Assembly (NCBI RefSeq): GCF_006345805.1
Contig: NC_042999.1
Coordinates: 71,548,001-71,612,000, forward strand
Direction: 5' to 3'
DNA from: Octopus sinensis
Lineage: Eukaryota
DNA length: 64,000 nt
The translations under genes and the position numbers were made by a program. Positions 1 to 13,632 of this stretch are shown in pieces. The notes under the pieces are model-generated. The model saw only the letters and a list, made by a program, of their open reading frames with translations. It was not told where the DNA came from and ran no database searches. Each line of letters begins with the position of its first letter. The stretch's first letter is position 1.

Positions 1-107
1 GTTTTGGGGATTACGAGTTATTGTTATACATAAGTATATTTGGAAAGAGAAAAACATGGATTTTTTAAATGTTCCTAGCTATCATATTTACTAAGGTTAC
101 GAATTTG

Positions 108-202
108 TATGAATGTATGTATGTATGTATGTATGTATGTATGTATGTATGTATGTATGTATGTTTGTATATTCGTGTGCATGAACGAATATACATATAT
201 TC

Positions 203-276
<74 letters not shown>

Positions 277-292
277 TTACTCCCTAATATTA

Positions 293-349
<57 letters not shown>

Positions 350-410
350 TAGATAGATAGATAGATAGATAGAGACATCGGTGTGTATGTGTGTGTGCGT
401 GTGTGTGTGT
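108..410. repeat. Compound microsatellite (TATG)n-(TA)n-(TAGA)n-(TG)n
   Basis: Tandem units read directly; explains the ORFs at 69-509. Confidence 0.95.
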
Positions 411-1591
411 CCATATTACACTAAGTTCGCTTGAAATGGGACACTTTAGATCCTGTCTGCACAAAACTACGATGAATATTACCGATTTCTGCTTCATTTT
501 ACTCAACAATTATACAAACATAAACATTTGCTTGTTTCGCTTTGTATGTTTGCCGTCATCGTTTAAGGATGTTTTCTATTTTCTTTTGCTGAATTTGCCA
601 GTCGGCTGTGGCAAACACTGGGATTGCCAAAATTGAGGATAAGCATTATTTGATAACACAGTCAGGGATTCCAATTACAGTGCAACCAAATGCAACTGTT
701 ATTATTAAAAGGATGACATTATAAAAAATTAATTAACTCCATAAGAATATTGATAATAGCAAACAGCAAAATGTGTTTTTGTGCATATTTTAGTCAAGAA
801 AATATACAAAAGATTTCATTTCATCAGACAATTCTAGATTAGAATATAAACTATGAGCAAGTACTCCTGATGTAGATCCATGAAAATATATGGATTCATC
901 TTTCGTTGTTACTCTACTGTTCTGATATTTCTTTCTCATAAATGTAAAACAGAAAAAAATTCATTGACAATTAATACATTAATACAAGAATAATTATTTA
1001 ATCTATGTTTACGCTTGCACTGAAAACGTCGGGGTCCAACATTTTGTAGGCCTGATTATACTGTATTTTATGTCGACAGTAAAAAAAATCTAGTATTATA
1101 GTAAATATGTCTCTCCTTTTCTTACATCGAAGGATGTGAGTAAAGAGTTGATTCGTGTACTATTTAAGCAGGTCAAAGAATTTCGCCATCATTCGATGTT
1201 TCGTTGTCTTTAGAGTCCCCTTTTTTTCATCTAGAGTATGAAGTTTCTGCTTAGAATTAACTTCTTGACAAGGAGAATCATAACTCCAAATAATTGTCAT
1301 TACATTTCGTTGTTTCTTAAGTCGACCTCTAGATGAAGTAAGGTCGAAAAGACAGTAGTTAATAAATTTAATGAAATTAATCCCTTATTTTCCAGCAGAT
1401 AAATACTCACGATCATCATGTTAATCTTCAATTTTCCAACTTTAATTATTGCATTTCACTAGTTAAATTAAAAACAAATAGTTAACTAAAATGAATAGAA
1501 GTATAAGTACCTACCAGCATCGCAGAAATACATGTGTGAACCGTATTGTGTTGTTTTAAGTTGTTTTCACATATACGAAACATTTATACAG

Positions 1592-1950
1592 GTAGAAGGT
1601 TCACAAGTGAAGAGGAGCTAAATACCAGGAGCTGGTAAAGCAGTGCAGAAGTGTATAATGGCGAAAATGTTGCGGGTCAACTGAAGTAGGCTACATCTGT
1701 TTTGTAAGGCGTTCACTCAGCAAAGCTCTGGCTTTGGAGTTACTGATGCAACGAAGAGGCGGGCCACATATTCCACGACGAAAGCATTGGAGAAGGTCAC
1801 TAAATGGCTTTGGATATAGAGGGTAAAACAATCTGCTGCTACTGGGGTTTAATCATTACTAGGTGAATCAGCCGGCCAAGAGATTCTGATATTAAAAGAC
1901 CCAAAAAGCCTTATGATCCAGGAAACATCACTAACGATGCAGCCCAGAGC
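1592..1950 (+). mobile_element. 3' fragment of an RLE-type non-LTR retrotransposon, HERO-like
   Basis: Frameshifted translation gives AKYQELVKQCRSV*WRKCCGSTEVGYICFVRRSLSKALAL...VTDATKRRATYSTTKALEKVTKWLWI, matching the K-Y-EL...C..GW...EVG...KWLW C-terminus of HERO-clade ORFs. It is followed by a 3' UTR (AAAGACCCAAAAAGCC..TGATCCAGGAAACATCACTAACGATG) like those I recall from HERO elements. Confidence 0.65.
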
Positions 1951-2029
1951 ACGTACACATTTACGTGAACATCCATACACATACAAGCACACACTACGTA
2001 CTCACACATTCATACACACACACACACAT

Positions 2030-2176
2030 TATGGTTGACTTCTGTATATTGCCGAAATTCCACTTACAAGGCATCGATCTACGTAAGTATATGATGAAAG
2101 AATTTGCCCGAGGTATTGCAAAGTGGATTTAGACCTGGAATCAATTGGATGTGGAGGAGACTTCTTTTTAACACAG
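2030..2176 (-). mobile_element. Degraded tRNA-derived SINE (old abundant family)
   Basis: Reverse complement resembles the head GCTGTGTGGTAAGAAG...CCACATGGTTCCGGGTTC..CCACTG and the tail ..GTGGAATTTCGG..TAGAAGTCAAC. Related decayed copies lie at 21475-21590, 46785-46925 and 56250-56400. Confidence 0.5.
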
Positions 2177-2193
2177 CATTATAAGCATCCAAA

Positions 2194-2256
2194 CGGCGGT
2201 GCCCCAGCATGGCCACTGCTCATTAGCTGAAACTGGAAAAATCAAAAATCAAAATC
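2194..2256 (+). mobile_element. Isolated LINE/SINE 3' tail (GCGGTGCCCCAGCATGGCC...CTGAAAC + short tandem tail)
   Basis: Matches the 3' UTR end of the CR1/L2-group LINE at 52601-52645 and ends in (AAAATC)n. Confidence 0.6.
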
Positions 2257-2409
2257 AATCCTCTAACATACTTCAAATAATGTTTCGTGCCTGCATTTAC
2301 GTTTGTTTATAGGTGTTATTGTTTACTAGAAACGGGTTCGAACTTGTAACTCTTCACCTAAACGAGCATACCCAAACTTCCACTGAATATCTATCTACTT
2401 ACCTACCTA

Positions 2410-2431
2410 CATGCATGCATACATACATATG

Positions 2432-2489
<58 letters not shown>

Positions 2490-2499
2490 ATATACATAC

Positions 2500-2536
<37 letters not shown>

Positions 2537-2549
2537 CATATATATATTT

Positions 2550-2613
<64 letters not shown>

Positions 2614-2669
2614 TTCATATATATATACATATATACGTATTTTATATATATATATATATACATATTTTA

Positions 2670-2708
<39 letters not shown>

Positions 2709-2762
2709 TATATATACATATATATATGTATGTTTATATATATATCCATATATATATATACA
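2410..2762. repeat. Complex (TA)n/(CATA) microsatellite
   Basis: Read directly. Confidence 0.95.
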
Positions 2763-5700
2763 GATTATTAAGCGGAATATAGCTTACTTGGAGCACTACA
2801 ACTCCAGTCTATTTTATTTGCGAGTATTGTTAACATTAGCAATCTCAAAATAAAGCAGTGTATTATATATATATATATATTATATATATATATATATATA
2901 CATGTGAAGGCTTTGAACATGTGTGTGAGTGAGTGTGTATGTGTATATACATAAATATAATGACAAAACATGTATTACAGCACGTGCATGGATGTAGGCA
3001 TTTATGTTGAAAAGAAACAATATTCTTCACATGTTATTCTTACAAATATCTGAATCTTCCTTTTGACATTTAAGGCAGTGACGTTCATCATTAAACGAGA
3101 ATGTTAGGAAATATCACTTTGCTTTTCTTTGTTTGTGTATTAAGTAAGAAATGATTAGTAAAGCGTGTTGTAAATGTTGAAAGTTGATGGGAATCCTTGT
3201 TTATTTTTACATTTGCTAATTTCGCTTAATATCCTATATCAACTGCAGCTGCTAAATTTACAACACGAAAAGGGAACATGTCTGGTCTTTGGATCTGCTA
3301 CAAATAATATCTTAATTTCTTTCAATCTTCTTTAGTAAGGAATGTATACTTTAGACAAGTTAGTACTACATAACAGTAATAAAGGAGGCTAGTCATGGCT
3401 GGAATGCGTTCAATCATAAATCTGCTCAATCCAATTAGAGCTTGTATTAAACAATAATAACTACATTTACATCTTTCAACTCCGAAACCATGTGGCAAGA
3501 GAGAGAAAAAGAGAAAGAAAGGGAGGGGAGAAGGAGAGCAAATATCCCTACTCATCTCAGTAGAGCAGATTGGTAACCGTGACAGCGATGGTAAACATGG
3601 TCCTATGGGCAAAACACATGGCATTGAACTCTTTTGAACGTCCTCATTTGAGAAGTCGAATTTAGGGACTTAAAACTTAGAGAAATTGTAGTAAACTCTA
3701 TAAAGTTGTCGCTTTTTACAGCTTTGATGTGTTACCTTTGTACTGATAGGCGGAGTAAAATGTTGACAGATTAGTGCCTCTTATAATAACGACAGTGTTG
3801 CTTTGATGATAGATTACAAACCATCGACAACCCGGCTACTTGCCTACCAATCTATTGACGCGTAAATTTGAAGGTGTAATACTTGGGATTCTTTCAATTA
3901 CTCGATATATATTTAGTCAATTATTCCTATGTTATATTATAAATGCACAATTTACCCTGAAACGTAAATCTAATAGATATTTACAGCCTGGTACTCAAAC
4001 CTCGATTCTGAAAAATTAATTCAGCTATTGTACAACTATTTCTTAACCGCCATAAAATTAGTCGACATAGAATTTTAAACCGACATTCCAAGTACCGTAC
4101 TTAATTTTGAGTACGAAAACTTGTTCTCATATATTTGTAGCTGGGTGAGAGCTGGGTGTATCCGAACATGTATACAAAATAGGTTTTGAGAATAGATTGC
4201 TGTGTCAAGCAACCAGTTTTCAAAAATATATAACATTTGTTTCTAACTGAATGGGTTGTGAATAACTTAAAACAAAATTCCCAAAGTTGTTTATGATATG
4301 GCTGTCCATTTCAGCGAAGCTTTAACTACTACTAAAATGAATCAAGATAATGGAATCTTGAATATAAAACTGAATTGAATTATTCAGTTTAACTGGCGTT
4401 TTATTATCACGAATAGATTGTCACAGGTGCAAAAATCAGTTTGTTCTATCCGGACCGTGTCAAGTACATTTCTGGCGCTTCAAGAACTTGTTATCTACCA
4501 GAGTTTTTGTTTTCCTAATCACATCGCAAACGGTTTAAGCCGCCATATTGAGTTTCTTGTATCAATCATTCAACAGAAGACAACTTAAGAATAAATGTAT
4601 GGAAGCTAATAGATGGTCAATATAAAGAAAAGCAAAAGTAAGTTTCTATCTTCTAACTTCTATTTTCATTACATATTTATTGCATAACCAAGATACTGTA
4701 GAATATGTCCAAAACCATAAAAACATAAAAGTCGTTTTCCTTTTTATTGCAAATGGGATTCTACATATGAACTGTTAATTAGTTCAGTGTTTTAATTGTA
4801 GTCCAAATCATGAGCACACTTGTATCACACTTCAATTTATCTCAAATAAAATAACATCCTTGAGCAACACATGATGTGTTTACTGCTAACCAAAAATTAC
4901 ATCCTTTGTATATTCATCCATTTTCTTCAGTTTTAATTAAAGTTTGCAAAAAATATTTCCGGAGAATAAATATAGAAGAGTCATTTGAAGTATTCTCTGC
5001 AATTATTTTTGGAGAAAATTTAGTATGGACATTCAGGAACTACAATATGATAATAAATTAAAAATCAGAATGAAAAACTCGAAGCGATAACAGACCCTAC
5101 TTATTGTTCTAGTAAAGTTTGATTAAGTTGATGGATTTTCCGAAATACTTCTCAATATTATGAAAAATATGTTAATTGAAGTATATATAGAAAATAACAT
5201 CATGAAAAATAACGATAATGATGCTTAAAATATGAATAATAAAGTTATAACAGACAAAAATTAAATGAATGCAAATAAAATAACTAGTATTTACAAACTG
5301 CCAAAACGAAAGTAATCTACAGAAATTCGATAATTGTAAATTTCTAAATCGGAAAAAGAACAGATGAATCATCGCCAAGAGAAATAAACAAAATTACTCA
5401 GACATCAATAATGTTATCAAATATGCAACTTCAAAGGTGAGGTTAACGTAAATGCAGCTCTTATTCGATATTATGCGAAATTATCTTGGAAGTGTTGATA
5501 TCTAAAACGGAATGTTATAATCAAAACCGTTCAGTTGCTAATGAGGCTGTCAAATACAAGACAAAATAGTGGTAGTCTTGTTAATCTAGGGACATCAAAC
5601 TATCTCAGAAGTGCATGATCATGTAGCTTCATATTGGATATCAGCTGATTGATGAGAGATTTATGTAACTGCATGAATATGATATCATAATACTATTCTT

Positions 5701-7509
5701 TTGAGTAAATTATTGAGATCCTATAACCTGGAATGTGTGTTGATCACAACCAAGGCATCCAAAACTTGCTGACTTATTTCATACAATTATAAATACCTAC
5801 CACTGAAAAATACCGCTGAAAAATTAAAAAAATAAATAATGGAGCTAATACAAAATTAACAACTTTATTTTCATTATCTTGCAATGGTGAGTTGAGATCC
5901 TGCCTGACAAATAATAATGATAGAAACTCTCTCACATAAACGCCCTTAAAAGAATGTTAGGATCTAGTACCTGTCTATATAGATATCTGTTGATGTACAT
6001 TTATAGCAGAAATGTTCACATTGTTTTTCCAACACACGCTGTAGATCTTATAATTTTTATAGATCATATCGACTTTCAGTCATCTTCGAAATTCCTTTAC
6101 AGCTAAAAGTATGATGAAGTATAATACAGTAAAATTTGCATTTTCAAAATAGATAAATTATTTATTATAAGTCCTCCTTTTTAAATTATATTCAGTCCAA
6201 TAATTTTAATGTGATGATTCCAATACTGAGGCTTCTATTAAACACGTTCCACCTAACTTTCAATACAATAATTCACACAGTTGAATGACTTTACAATTTA
6301 TCTATTTGCTAGCGATATAATATATATCAGTAACAGACTAGGTTAATTTAAGCTACTAAATAATCCATCAGTGTGAGTGCTGTGGAATGGCACTAAGTTC
6401 TCTGCAAGTTGATTCTGCGACGGAGGTTCCATTGCATAATAAATGATTTCAAGTCGTTTTCACGTCGTACTCACGTGGTAATAATGATAATTTTAGGATT
6501 ATTGGATGTTTAAGGAAAAGCTAATTGATACAGCAGTGATTAATTCATTCGCTTTATTTAAACACACATTTCACCGGGGTGTGTATTATTTATTGTTTAA
6601 TACGTAGGTATTCATATAGTGTGTGGGATATAATCAATTACTGTATGCGTGGATGTTAACGATGTACCAGGATAATTTCTTTAGTAATTAAATAGATATG
6701 CCGTATTAGCTTTGTGATTGTTCAAATTTACCAGCTTAAGACTAAGCACACTCCTGTCCTTCTAAACATACACATACATACCACACACTCACAAAAGCAC
6801 GCAAACACACACACACACACACATACACACACACACACACACACAGAACATCGGTAGAAATACTTGATATGGTGACATTACATGACTCAGAATGTAGTGT
6901 CAACCCATGAAATATTGTTACTCCCAATGGTGCGCGTATGTGTGTGTTTACTGGGACAAAAATGTTTGGCTTTGATCTGGTTATGGAGCCAATTCCAGAA
7001 CAATCATTTATATATATACTTGGATATTCAGTGATGTAGGGGAGAGGAATAATGATGTTATGGTTTTCCGGTATTTCGTAACGGTGGGCTGGACAAAGGA
7101 AAATAATTTGGATTCAATCGGCAATTGAAACTGCACGGTGGCTTCGTTTACTTAGTACAACATGACCACGCATAACAGAGAAATGACATACTGGATTGAA
7201 AATATCACAAGGTGATGTTTGAAAATATCACTGGTACTTCTTTCATTGAGCTAGAGAAAAGAGCATGCAAACGTAATCCCCGGATGTATCATAGAGCTTT
7301 CATGGGGGTTGCTTGACTTGCTAGCAATACCAGCCAAAGCTATTTAAATTCGTACTTCCTGGTCTAAAACGGAGATAAATCAGCTAATAATGAAGGTAAT
7401 GATTTTAGAAAAGGAAAGGATGATTAAAGCTACAATGTCTTTGATCTTTGGACTATTCGATGATGAGGAACCTAAACATCAGCAGCAAAAGCAACAGCAG
7501 AAAATACCT

Positions 7510-7741
7510 ATTTCTTTACTTCCTACAAGAGGCTAAACATAGAGGAGACAAACAAGGACAGACAAAGGTATTATGTCGATTACATCGACCCCAGTGCGTA
7601 ACTGGTACTTAATTTATCGACCCCGAAAGGATGAAAGGCAAAGTCGACCTCGGCGGAATTTGAACTCAGAACGTAACGGCAGACGAAATACGGCTACGCA
7701 TTTCGCCCGGCGTGCTAACGTTTCTGCCAGCTCGCCGCCTT
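7510..7741 (-). mobile_element. Full-length young tRNA-derived SINE with 19-bp TSD
   Basis: Minus strand reads GGCGGCGAGCTGGCAGAAACGTTAGC (A box)...GAGTTCAAATTCC (B box), then a central GACTTTGCCTTTCATCCTTTCGGGGTCGATAAATTAAGTACCAG segment resembling the MetaSINE domain as I recall it. TSD is GCAAC(A/T)GCAGAAAATACCT at 7491-7509 and 7742-7760. Confidence 0.9.
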
Positions 7742-8763
7742 GCAACTGCAGAAAATACCTTTAGGACAAACATGCTCTTGGGGCAGTGTCAGAGGGTTCA
7801 ATAAAAGATAATCATACTATTAGAAGCTCATGTCACATACAGTAATATATATTGATTTTATATATAATCAATACTCCCCGGAAGAAAGTATTTCGTCGTC
7901 CCTATATGCTCTCGAAAAAAAATCGATATTACATCATATATGCATTGAGATGTTCATAAGATGTTTAACATATTCTCTTCAGTGCTTGAATATTTCTTTA
8001 TTTCTGCAATGACGTTTTTGACAACACACAAAGCAAAACACAAAACAATTAAAATACAAAAGAAATTGCCGAAAAAGAAAAACCGAACGGCATGTAAACA
8101 AGTGTGATGTAATGATGCATAATGAATATTAATATTTATGCATGTGAACGACCGTAATTGAATAATTAACATGGAGGCGTTAGAGTTAGATTTTAGATTT
8201 CATTGCCGTAACGTTATTTCTGATTACTTATAGGTTATAAATGTAACTCACAAACTGTTGATTATTAACCACTTTGATTATTGTTTAATCTCTAACAAGT
8301 TTGCATCAATGATGTTCCAAGCAGTAAAGAAATGATAATTTTTGGTCTCTGTAGGTGCGAACTCTGTTAGATGTGGTGCTCTTAGTACTGCTGAGATTTT
8401 ATGGGCTTAGACCATGCATAACAGAGTAAACATATGATCGATGATGTTTTAGTCCAAGTCATACGTTTTTATTTCAGACAAAATATATTTAAAATTGTTA
8501 TTCAATGTGTCTCTTCTTTTTGTATTTGTCTTAAATGTATAGAAATTGATTTATGGGAAATCTAGTTGTTAGTTCTAAAATTTTACACATGTGTTGTTTT
8601 CCTGATTGGAGTATGCGGTGGCCTTCTCCATCATGGCATGGAATAGCAGAAGTAGTAGTAGCAACAGTAGCAACAACAAAAACAGTCTACTAGGGTTCCG
8701 TTGGAACATTAAAATATATGTCACGCGATTCGGTAAAGAACACGTATTTCTCTTATGTAACTG

Positions 8764-8837
<74 letters not shown>

Positions 8838-9657
8838 CAATGTAATCTTAGCCATCAGTCTTCACTGAACATCTTGGATTTTAAGGGACATTAGAATTCC
8901 ATTCCAAAACTACCAATACATAAAGGAAACTATAGCTAAGAAATGTACACAAAACTATACAGTAGTTTGTAGTGGCCTTCAACTTTTCTTTTTACTTACG
9001 ACCCTGTATGAACTTATATATGTGGCTTCCTACAGACACTTTTAGTAAGAAAGTAAATGTTTACCATATACAATGTTTATTAATTGATGCTGTGGCATAA
9101 AACAAAATGTTTGCAATAGTTTACAAAAAAACCCACTACATTTATGAATATAAAATTGTGTATTACCAAACAAAATTTTATATAACACAAATGGGCAGTA
9201 GGAGTAAAAGCTATTAGATTTGCCAACGCATAACTCTAATAATATGCATTTTATTTAGGAAAAAAGCTAAGAGAGACGAAGTATGAAAAGATAAAAAAAC
9301 ATGCTTTTACGATTAGCTATTTATTTTTTGTGACATTCGCAGCGAAAGCAAGCTCGCTGAATGGTTAGTATATGACCCGAGTGTTCAAAGGCACAAACAG
9401 GGATGATTTCTCCCTACAATGTAAACGCAGCTTGCAGCTGCGTTGATAGGGGCTACGACCTGCTGAAGCCAGATTCAACACGATAAGAAATATATAAAGC
9501 AACAACATATAACTTTACGTTTTCTTTCAACATTGGCAGCATCAACAGTTTTATCAATTTGTAATGTAATGTAAAGATGCTTTTTCTGCAATATATTGTC
9601 AAAAATTGGTGCATTTATCCCAAATGTATCGTTGATCCAAACTTGTATGTATGTGTG

Positions 9658-9743
<86 letters not shown>

Positions 9744-9830
9744 ATAAGCATGTATGTATGTATATATGTATATAAGCATGTATATATGTATGTACGTGCA
9801 TACGTATGTATGTGTGTATATATGTATGTG

Positions 9831-10266
9831 TGTCATTATTCAGTTTCATTTCAAGATTTCCTGCCAATAGAGAAACGGCCGGGTTCTAACCTAGATCCAA
9901 GGCTCCTTCATTGGATTTTCAACACAAACAACAGGCTATTTTTGTGTGTATGTATGTATGTATGTATGTATGTATATATGCATACTTGTATGTTTTGCTT
10001 TATGTATGTCTTCTCATGCACATAGTTGCATATCTAGACATGCTCAAATATATTTAAATGAAAATTTTACAAACTTTTACAGTTCCAGTGACGGATTGGT
10101 TCAGGAGTCTTCAAATTAGCTTTCTCCTTTCTGGTTTTGAGAAGCCTAATTTCTCAAGATTGGTATTTAGGCAGTATGTAACATATGCCCGGGCTCCAAT
10201 AATTACAGGTATAAACCTGAGCTTGTAATCTGAATAGAGTAACTACAGATTTCTCAATAGTTCACC
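9831..10266 (-). mobile_element. 5'-truncated RLE-type LINE 3' end, (CATA)n-flanked family
   Basis: Minus translation is GELLRNL*LLYSDYKLRFIPVIIGARAYVTYCLNTNLEKLGFSKPERRKLI*RLLNQSVTGTVKVCKIFI*. The 3' UTR matches 63700-63903. Both flanks are (TATG)n. Confidence 0.8.
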
Positions 10267-10530
10267 GTGTGTGTGTGCATGTATGTTTATGTATGTATGT
10301 ATGTATGTATGTATGTATGTATGTTTATGTATGTATGTATGTATGTATGTATGTATGTATGTATATATGTATATATGTATGTATGCATGTACTTATGTAT
10401 GTATCTATGTATGTATAGAGTCAACAGATGGGAACGAGAGAGTCTAAATATAGAAAACGATTTGTAGCCCTCAAATGATTTGAACTTTCATTCTGAGGAC
10501 TAAATCAGCAGAGTGGTTATAAAAGAAATA

Positions 10531-11012
10531 CAAGTGCTGTTTTTTGCAAGTGCTCCACCCTTATTGTAGCCCCTATTTGTTCCACGTACTTCTCGAGATG
10601 TTTGCTCACTGTTACCAGGCCTACAACAATTATTGGAACTACTGCTACCTTTTCATCGACCACAAATACTTAACTTCCCAGGCAAACCTGTCATATCTCT
10701 CGACTTTTCTTTCTTACTTATCGCATACCTTATTGTCAGCTGGGCATGTTATATCTGTTTCTTTATTACCCACAAGGGGCTAAACATAGAGGGGGCAGAC
10801 AAGGACAGACAAACGGATTAAGTCAATTACATCGACCCCAGTGCGTAACTGGTACTTAATTTATCGATCCCGAAAGGATGAAAGGTAAAGTCGACCTCGG
10901 CGGAATTTGAACCCAGAACGTAACGGCAGACGAAATACGGCTACGCATTTCGCCCGACGTGCTAACGTTTCTGCCAGTTCGCCTGGGCATGTTATATCTA
11001 TGATCCAGCATA
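10531..11012 (-). mobile_element. R4/Dong-like RLE LINE C-terminal fragment, interrupted by a SINE
   Basis: Removing the SINE and one TSD copy gives CWIIDITCPADNKVCDK..EKVERYDRFAWEVKYLWSMKKVAVVPIIVVGLVTVSKHLEKYVEQIGATIRVEHLQKTAL, the RLE nuclease D..P..K..KY region. Its 5' flank is an (ACT)n tract. Confidence 0.8.
10757..10982 (-). mobile_element. Young tRNA-derived SINE with 17-bp TSD
   Basis: Same family as 7510-7741. TSD CTGGGCATGTTATATCT at 10740-10756 and 10983-10999. Confidence 0.9.
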
Positions 11013-11013
11013 T

Positions 11014-11063
<50 letters not shown>

Positions 11064-11611
11064 ATGTTTTCTTCAATACTCTACACTTTCCTCTGCCCCA
11101 CACTCCATCCAGAGTTATATCGCCTCCATTATGTATACATTATGTAAAAGAAATAGTTTACCCAATAGTCAATACCTGCAACGAGATATGCAAAACCATT
11201 TGGAATGTATGGATATTAGTGTTTAAGAAAATGTTGATTTATTCGAAACACAGGGATGCGTTTTAATTACTAAGTCAACCTGATAAGCGAACACCTACAA
11301 CTACATATTGAACCGTCTTTGAGAGAACGTTGTAGCGCACTACAATACGGGATATCAATTCAGCACCCCCTAATGTCAGCCGCCCATTGGATCCAATGTG
11401 CGATGACAATGCAATCTAATGTATGGTCTCGATGCATAAAGGTTTCTATATGCATGAATGAGCCTGCTGGTTTAATAAGTAGAAGCTCACAACATAGGTT
11501 TCTCAATAGATCTTACAATATATCTTCATATAGTAGATATAATGTGATCATTAGTTGAAGTAGTACTAAGATGTCTGCACGTAAATATTTATGTATATAT
11601 ATATGTGTGTA

Positions 11612-11678
<67 letters not shown>

Positions 11679-11711
11679 ATTGAGAAACCTATACAACATA
11701 CATACATATAT

Positions 11712-11945
11712 ATTTCTTTACGACCCACAAGGGGCCAAACACAGAGGGAACAAACAAGGACAGACAAAGGGATTAAGTCGATTACATCGACCCCAGTGCG
11801 TAAATGGTACTTAATTTATCGACCCCGAAAGGATGAAAGGCAAAGTCGACCTCGGCGGAATTTGAACTCGGAACGTAACGACAGACGAAATACGGCTACG
11901 CAGTACGCCCGGCGTGCTAACGCTTCTGCCAGCTCGCCGCCTTAA
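11712..11945 (-). mobile_element. Young tRNA-derived SINE with 17-bp TSD
   Basis: Same family. TSD AACATACATACATATAT at 11695-11711 and 11946-11962. Confidence 0.9.
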
Positions 11946-12012
11946 AACATACATACATATATGCATTCATCTAACTATCTATCTATCTATTTATCTATCA
12001 ATCTATATATCT

Positions 12013-12178
12013 ACATACATACATACATACATACATACATACATACATACATACATACATACATACATACATACATACATGCATGCATACGTACATACAT
12101 ACATACATACATGCGTACATACATACATACATATATACATACATACATACATACATAATGCATACATACATACATACA

Positions 12179-12211
<33 letters not shown>

Positions 12212-12403
12212 CCGTAAACTTGATGTGGAAAACAACCTAAAGAAAGCATATTTACGATATTTTTAATCGCAGAGCATAGCAAAACAAGAACAGGATATAT
12301 ATTTAACTACCTATACAAATGTATGTATGTATGTATGTATGTATGTATGTATGTATGTATGTATGTATGTATGTATGTATGTATGTATGTATGTATGTAT
12401 GTA
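12013..12403. repeat. (CATA)n tract (12013-12208) and oppositely oriented (TATG)n tract (12320-12403)
   Basis: Read directly. Confidence 0.9.
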
Positions 12404-12736
12404 TAAAGATTTATTCGTTTCTGCTCCCATTTATGTTATGCACTTAAGTCCGTAGCTCTCTGATTTCACATGAGAATATTCTCGAGAGTATTCTTACGTT
12501 GGCTATAAGATTAGCTTAATACACACAAATACGAGTAAAAACAACCTCATGAAACTTTATGACTCGTTCAGTCACTTTGGTAGATTTAGCAATCTTGGAG
12601 TATTTCTGGAATTAAGTTAGTGTAATGGTGATCATACACGGGCAGCCATATTGTCTCAAATAGTATATTCGTAGCTTCAACGAACAAACAAATTGAAATA
12701 TTTCAAATCTGAATCGGACTCGCAATTTAGATTGCG

Positions 12737-12880
12737 ATATAGATCTTAGCTAGTAAGAAGACCTCTGTACATTATACCTGTACGCTTTGGAATACTGGCG
12801 AAAATGATTGATATATATATCTAGAAAATATTCTAAAATCTTGTTCCACAGTTTTTCACACAATAAAAATTGTGTGGCTT
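12737..12880 (+). repeat. Left arm of a dispersed inverted repeat pair (partner 14387-14537)
   Basis: ATATAGATCTTAGCTAGTAAGAA...GTACGCTTTGGAATACTGGCGAAAATGATTG...TTCTAAAATCTTGTTCCACA is the reverse complement of the partner, roughly 90% identical over the core ~115 bp by eye. Confidence 0.9.
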
Positions 12881-13632
12881 TGAAAATATTCAGCTGATCA
12901 TAAGTCATGTAGTTTAATTTATTAGTGTAAAGCTCACGTTTTTGTTCTTTGACAAAAACAATATATCGCCAGATTAAATTACATGCGACGATAACTTATA
13001 TCCATGTGTAGTATAACTTCAATATCTCGCTAAAAATTACTTCACATTTCATCCAATGTGCCTTTCAGATCTTTCAATTGCAACATTTGTTTCTACTGTC
13101 CTAAACACTAGTAAAGCGAGCTTATTTTCAGCTCTGTCTTGAAATGATGTTTTTCTCGTCCAAGAAAAAAAAATCAGAGCGTCCTATTGCTCCACCATAA
13201 GATAATCATCTATCAAATACTGGGACGTCATCTTCTGAACATATGATAGGCATTTTAGCTACATTACAAATCATTATTATGTTACTTTATGGAACATAAT
13301 AGCAGATTTAACCATACATTGTTCTATGTTCCGATTTCAAATCCTGCCACGTTTGACTTTACCCGAAATAAATAGCAGCCACCTACTAGACATGATGTTA
13401 TCGTATCTTTTCTCCTCAGCGAATATATTGGTATTGTGTAAGCATTGTAAATTGTTATCATTGTTGTTATGAATTTTCGACCTACATTTGTAAATAACAT
13501 TAATAAATGATTATTCTTAACGAGAACACACACTATAAGAATCTTTGTTTCTCTGATTGCATTTATTTGAAATGTTTCTACATTTTATCTTCACCACCGC
13601 ACGGAACTTTTCCCTCCACGTTGGAGCACAGC

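Noticed and set aside
3322-3624. 100-aa minus-strand ORF in non-repetitive sequence
   Set aside because: No recognisable domain or splice context, and part of it is a (GA)-rich tract.
4535-4552. Isolated YY1-like CCGCCATATTG (also GCCATATTG at ~12645)
   Set aside because: Single motifs without accompanying promoter elements or a downstream donor.
7680-7741. tRNA genes at SINE heads (also 31916, 33460-33520, 38175, 60300-60357)
   Set aside because: A/B boxes are present but there is no complete cloverleaf or acceptor stem, and they continue into SINE bodies.
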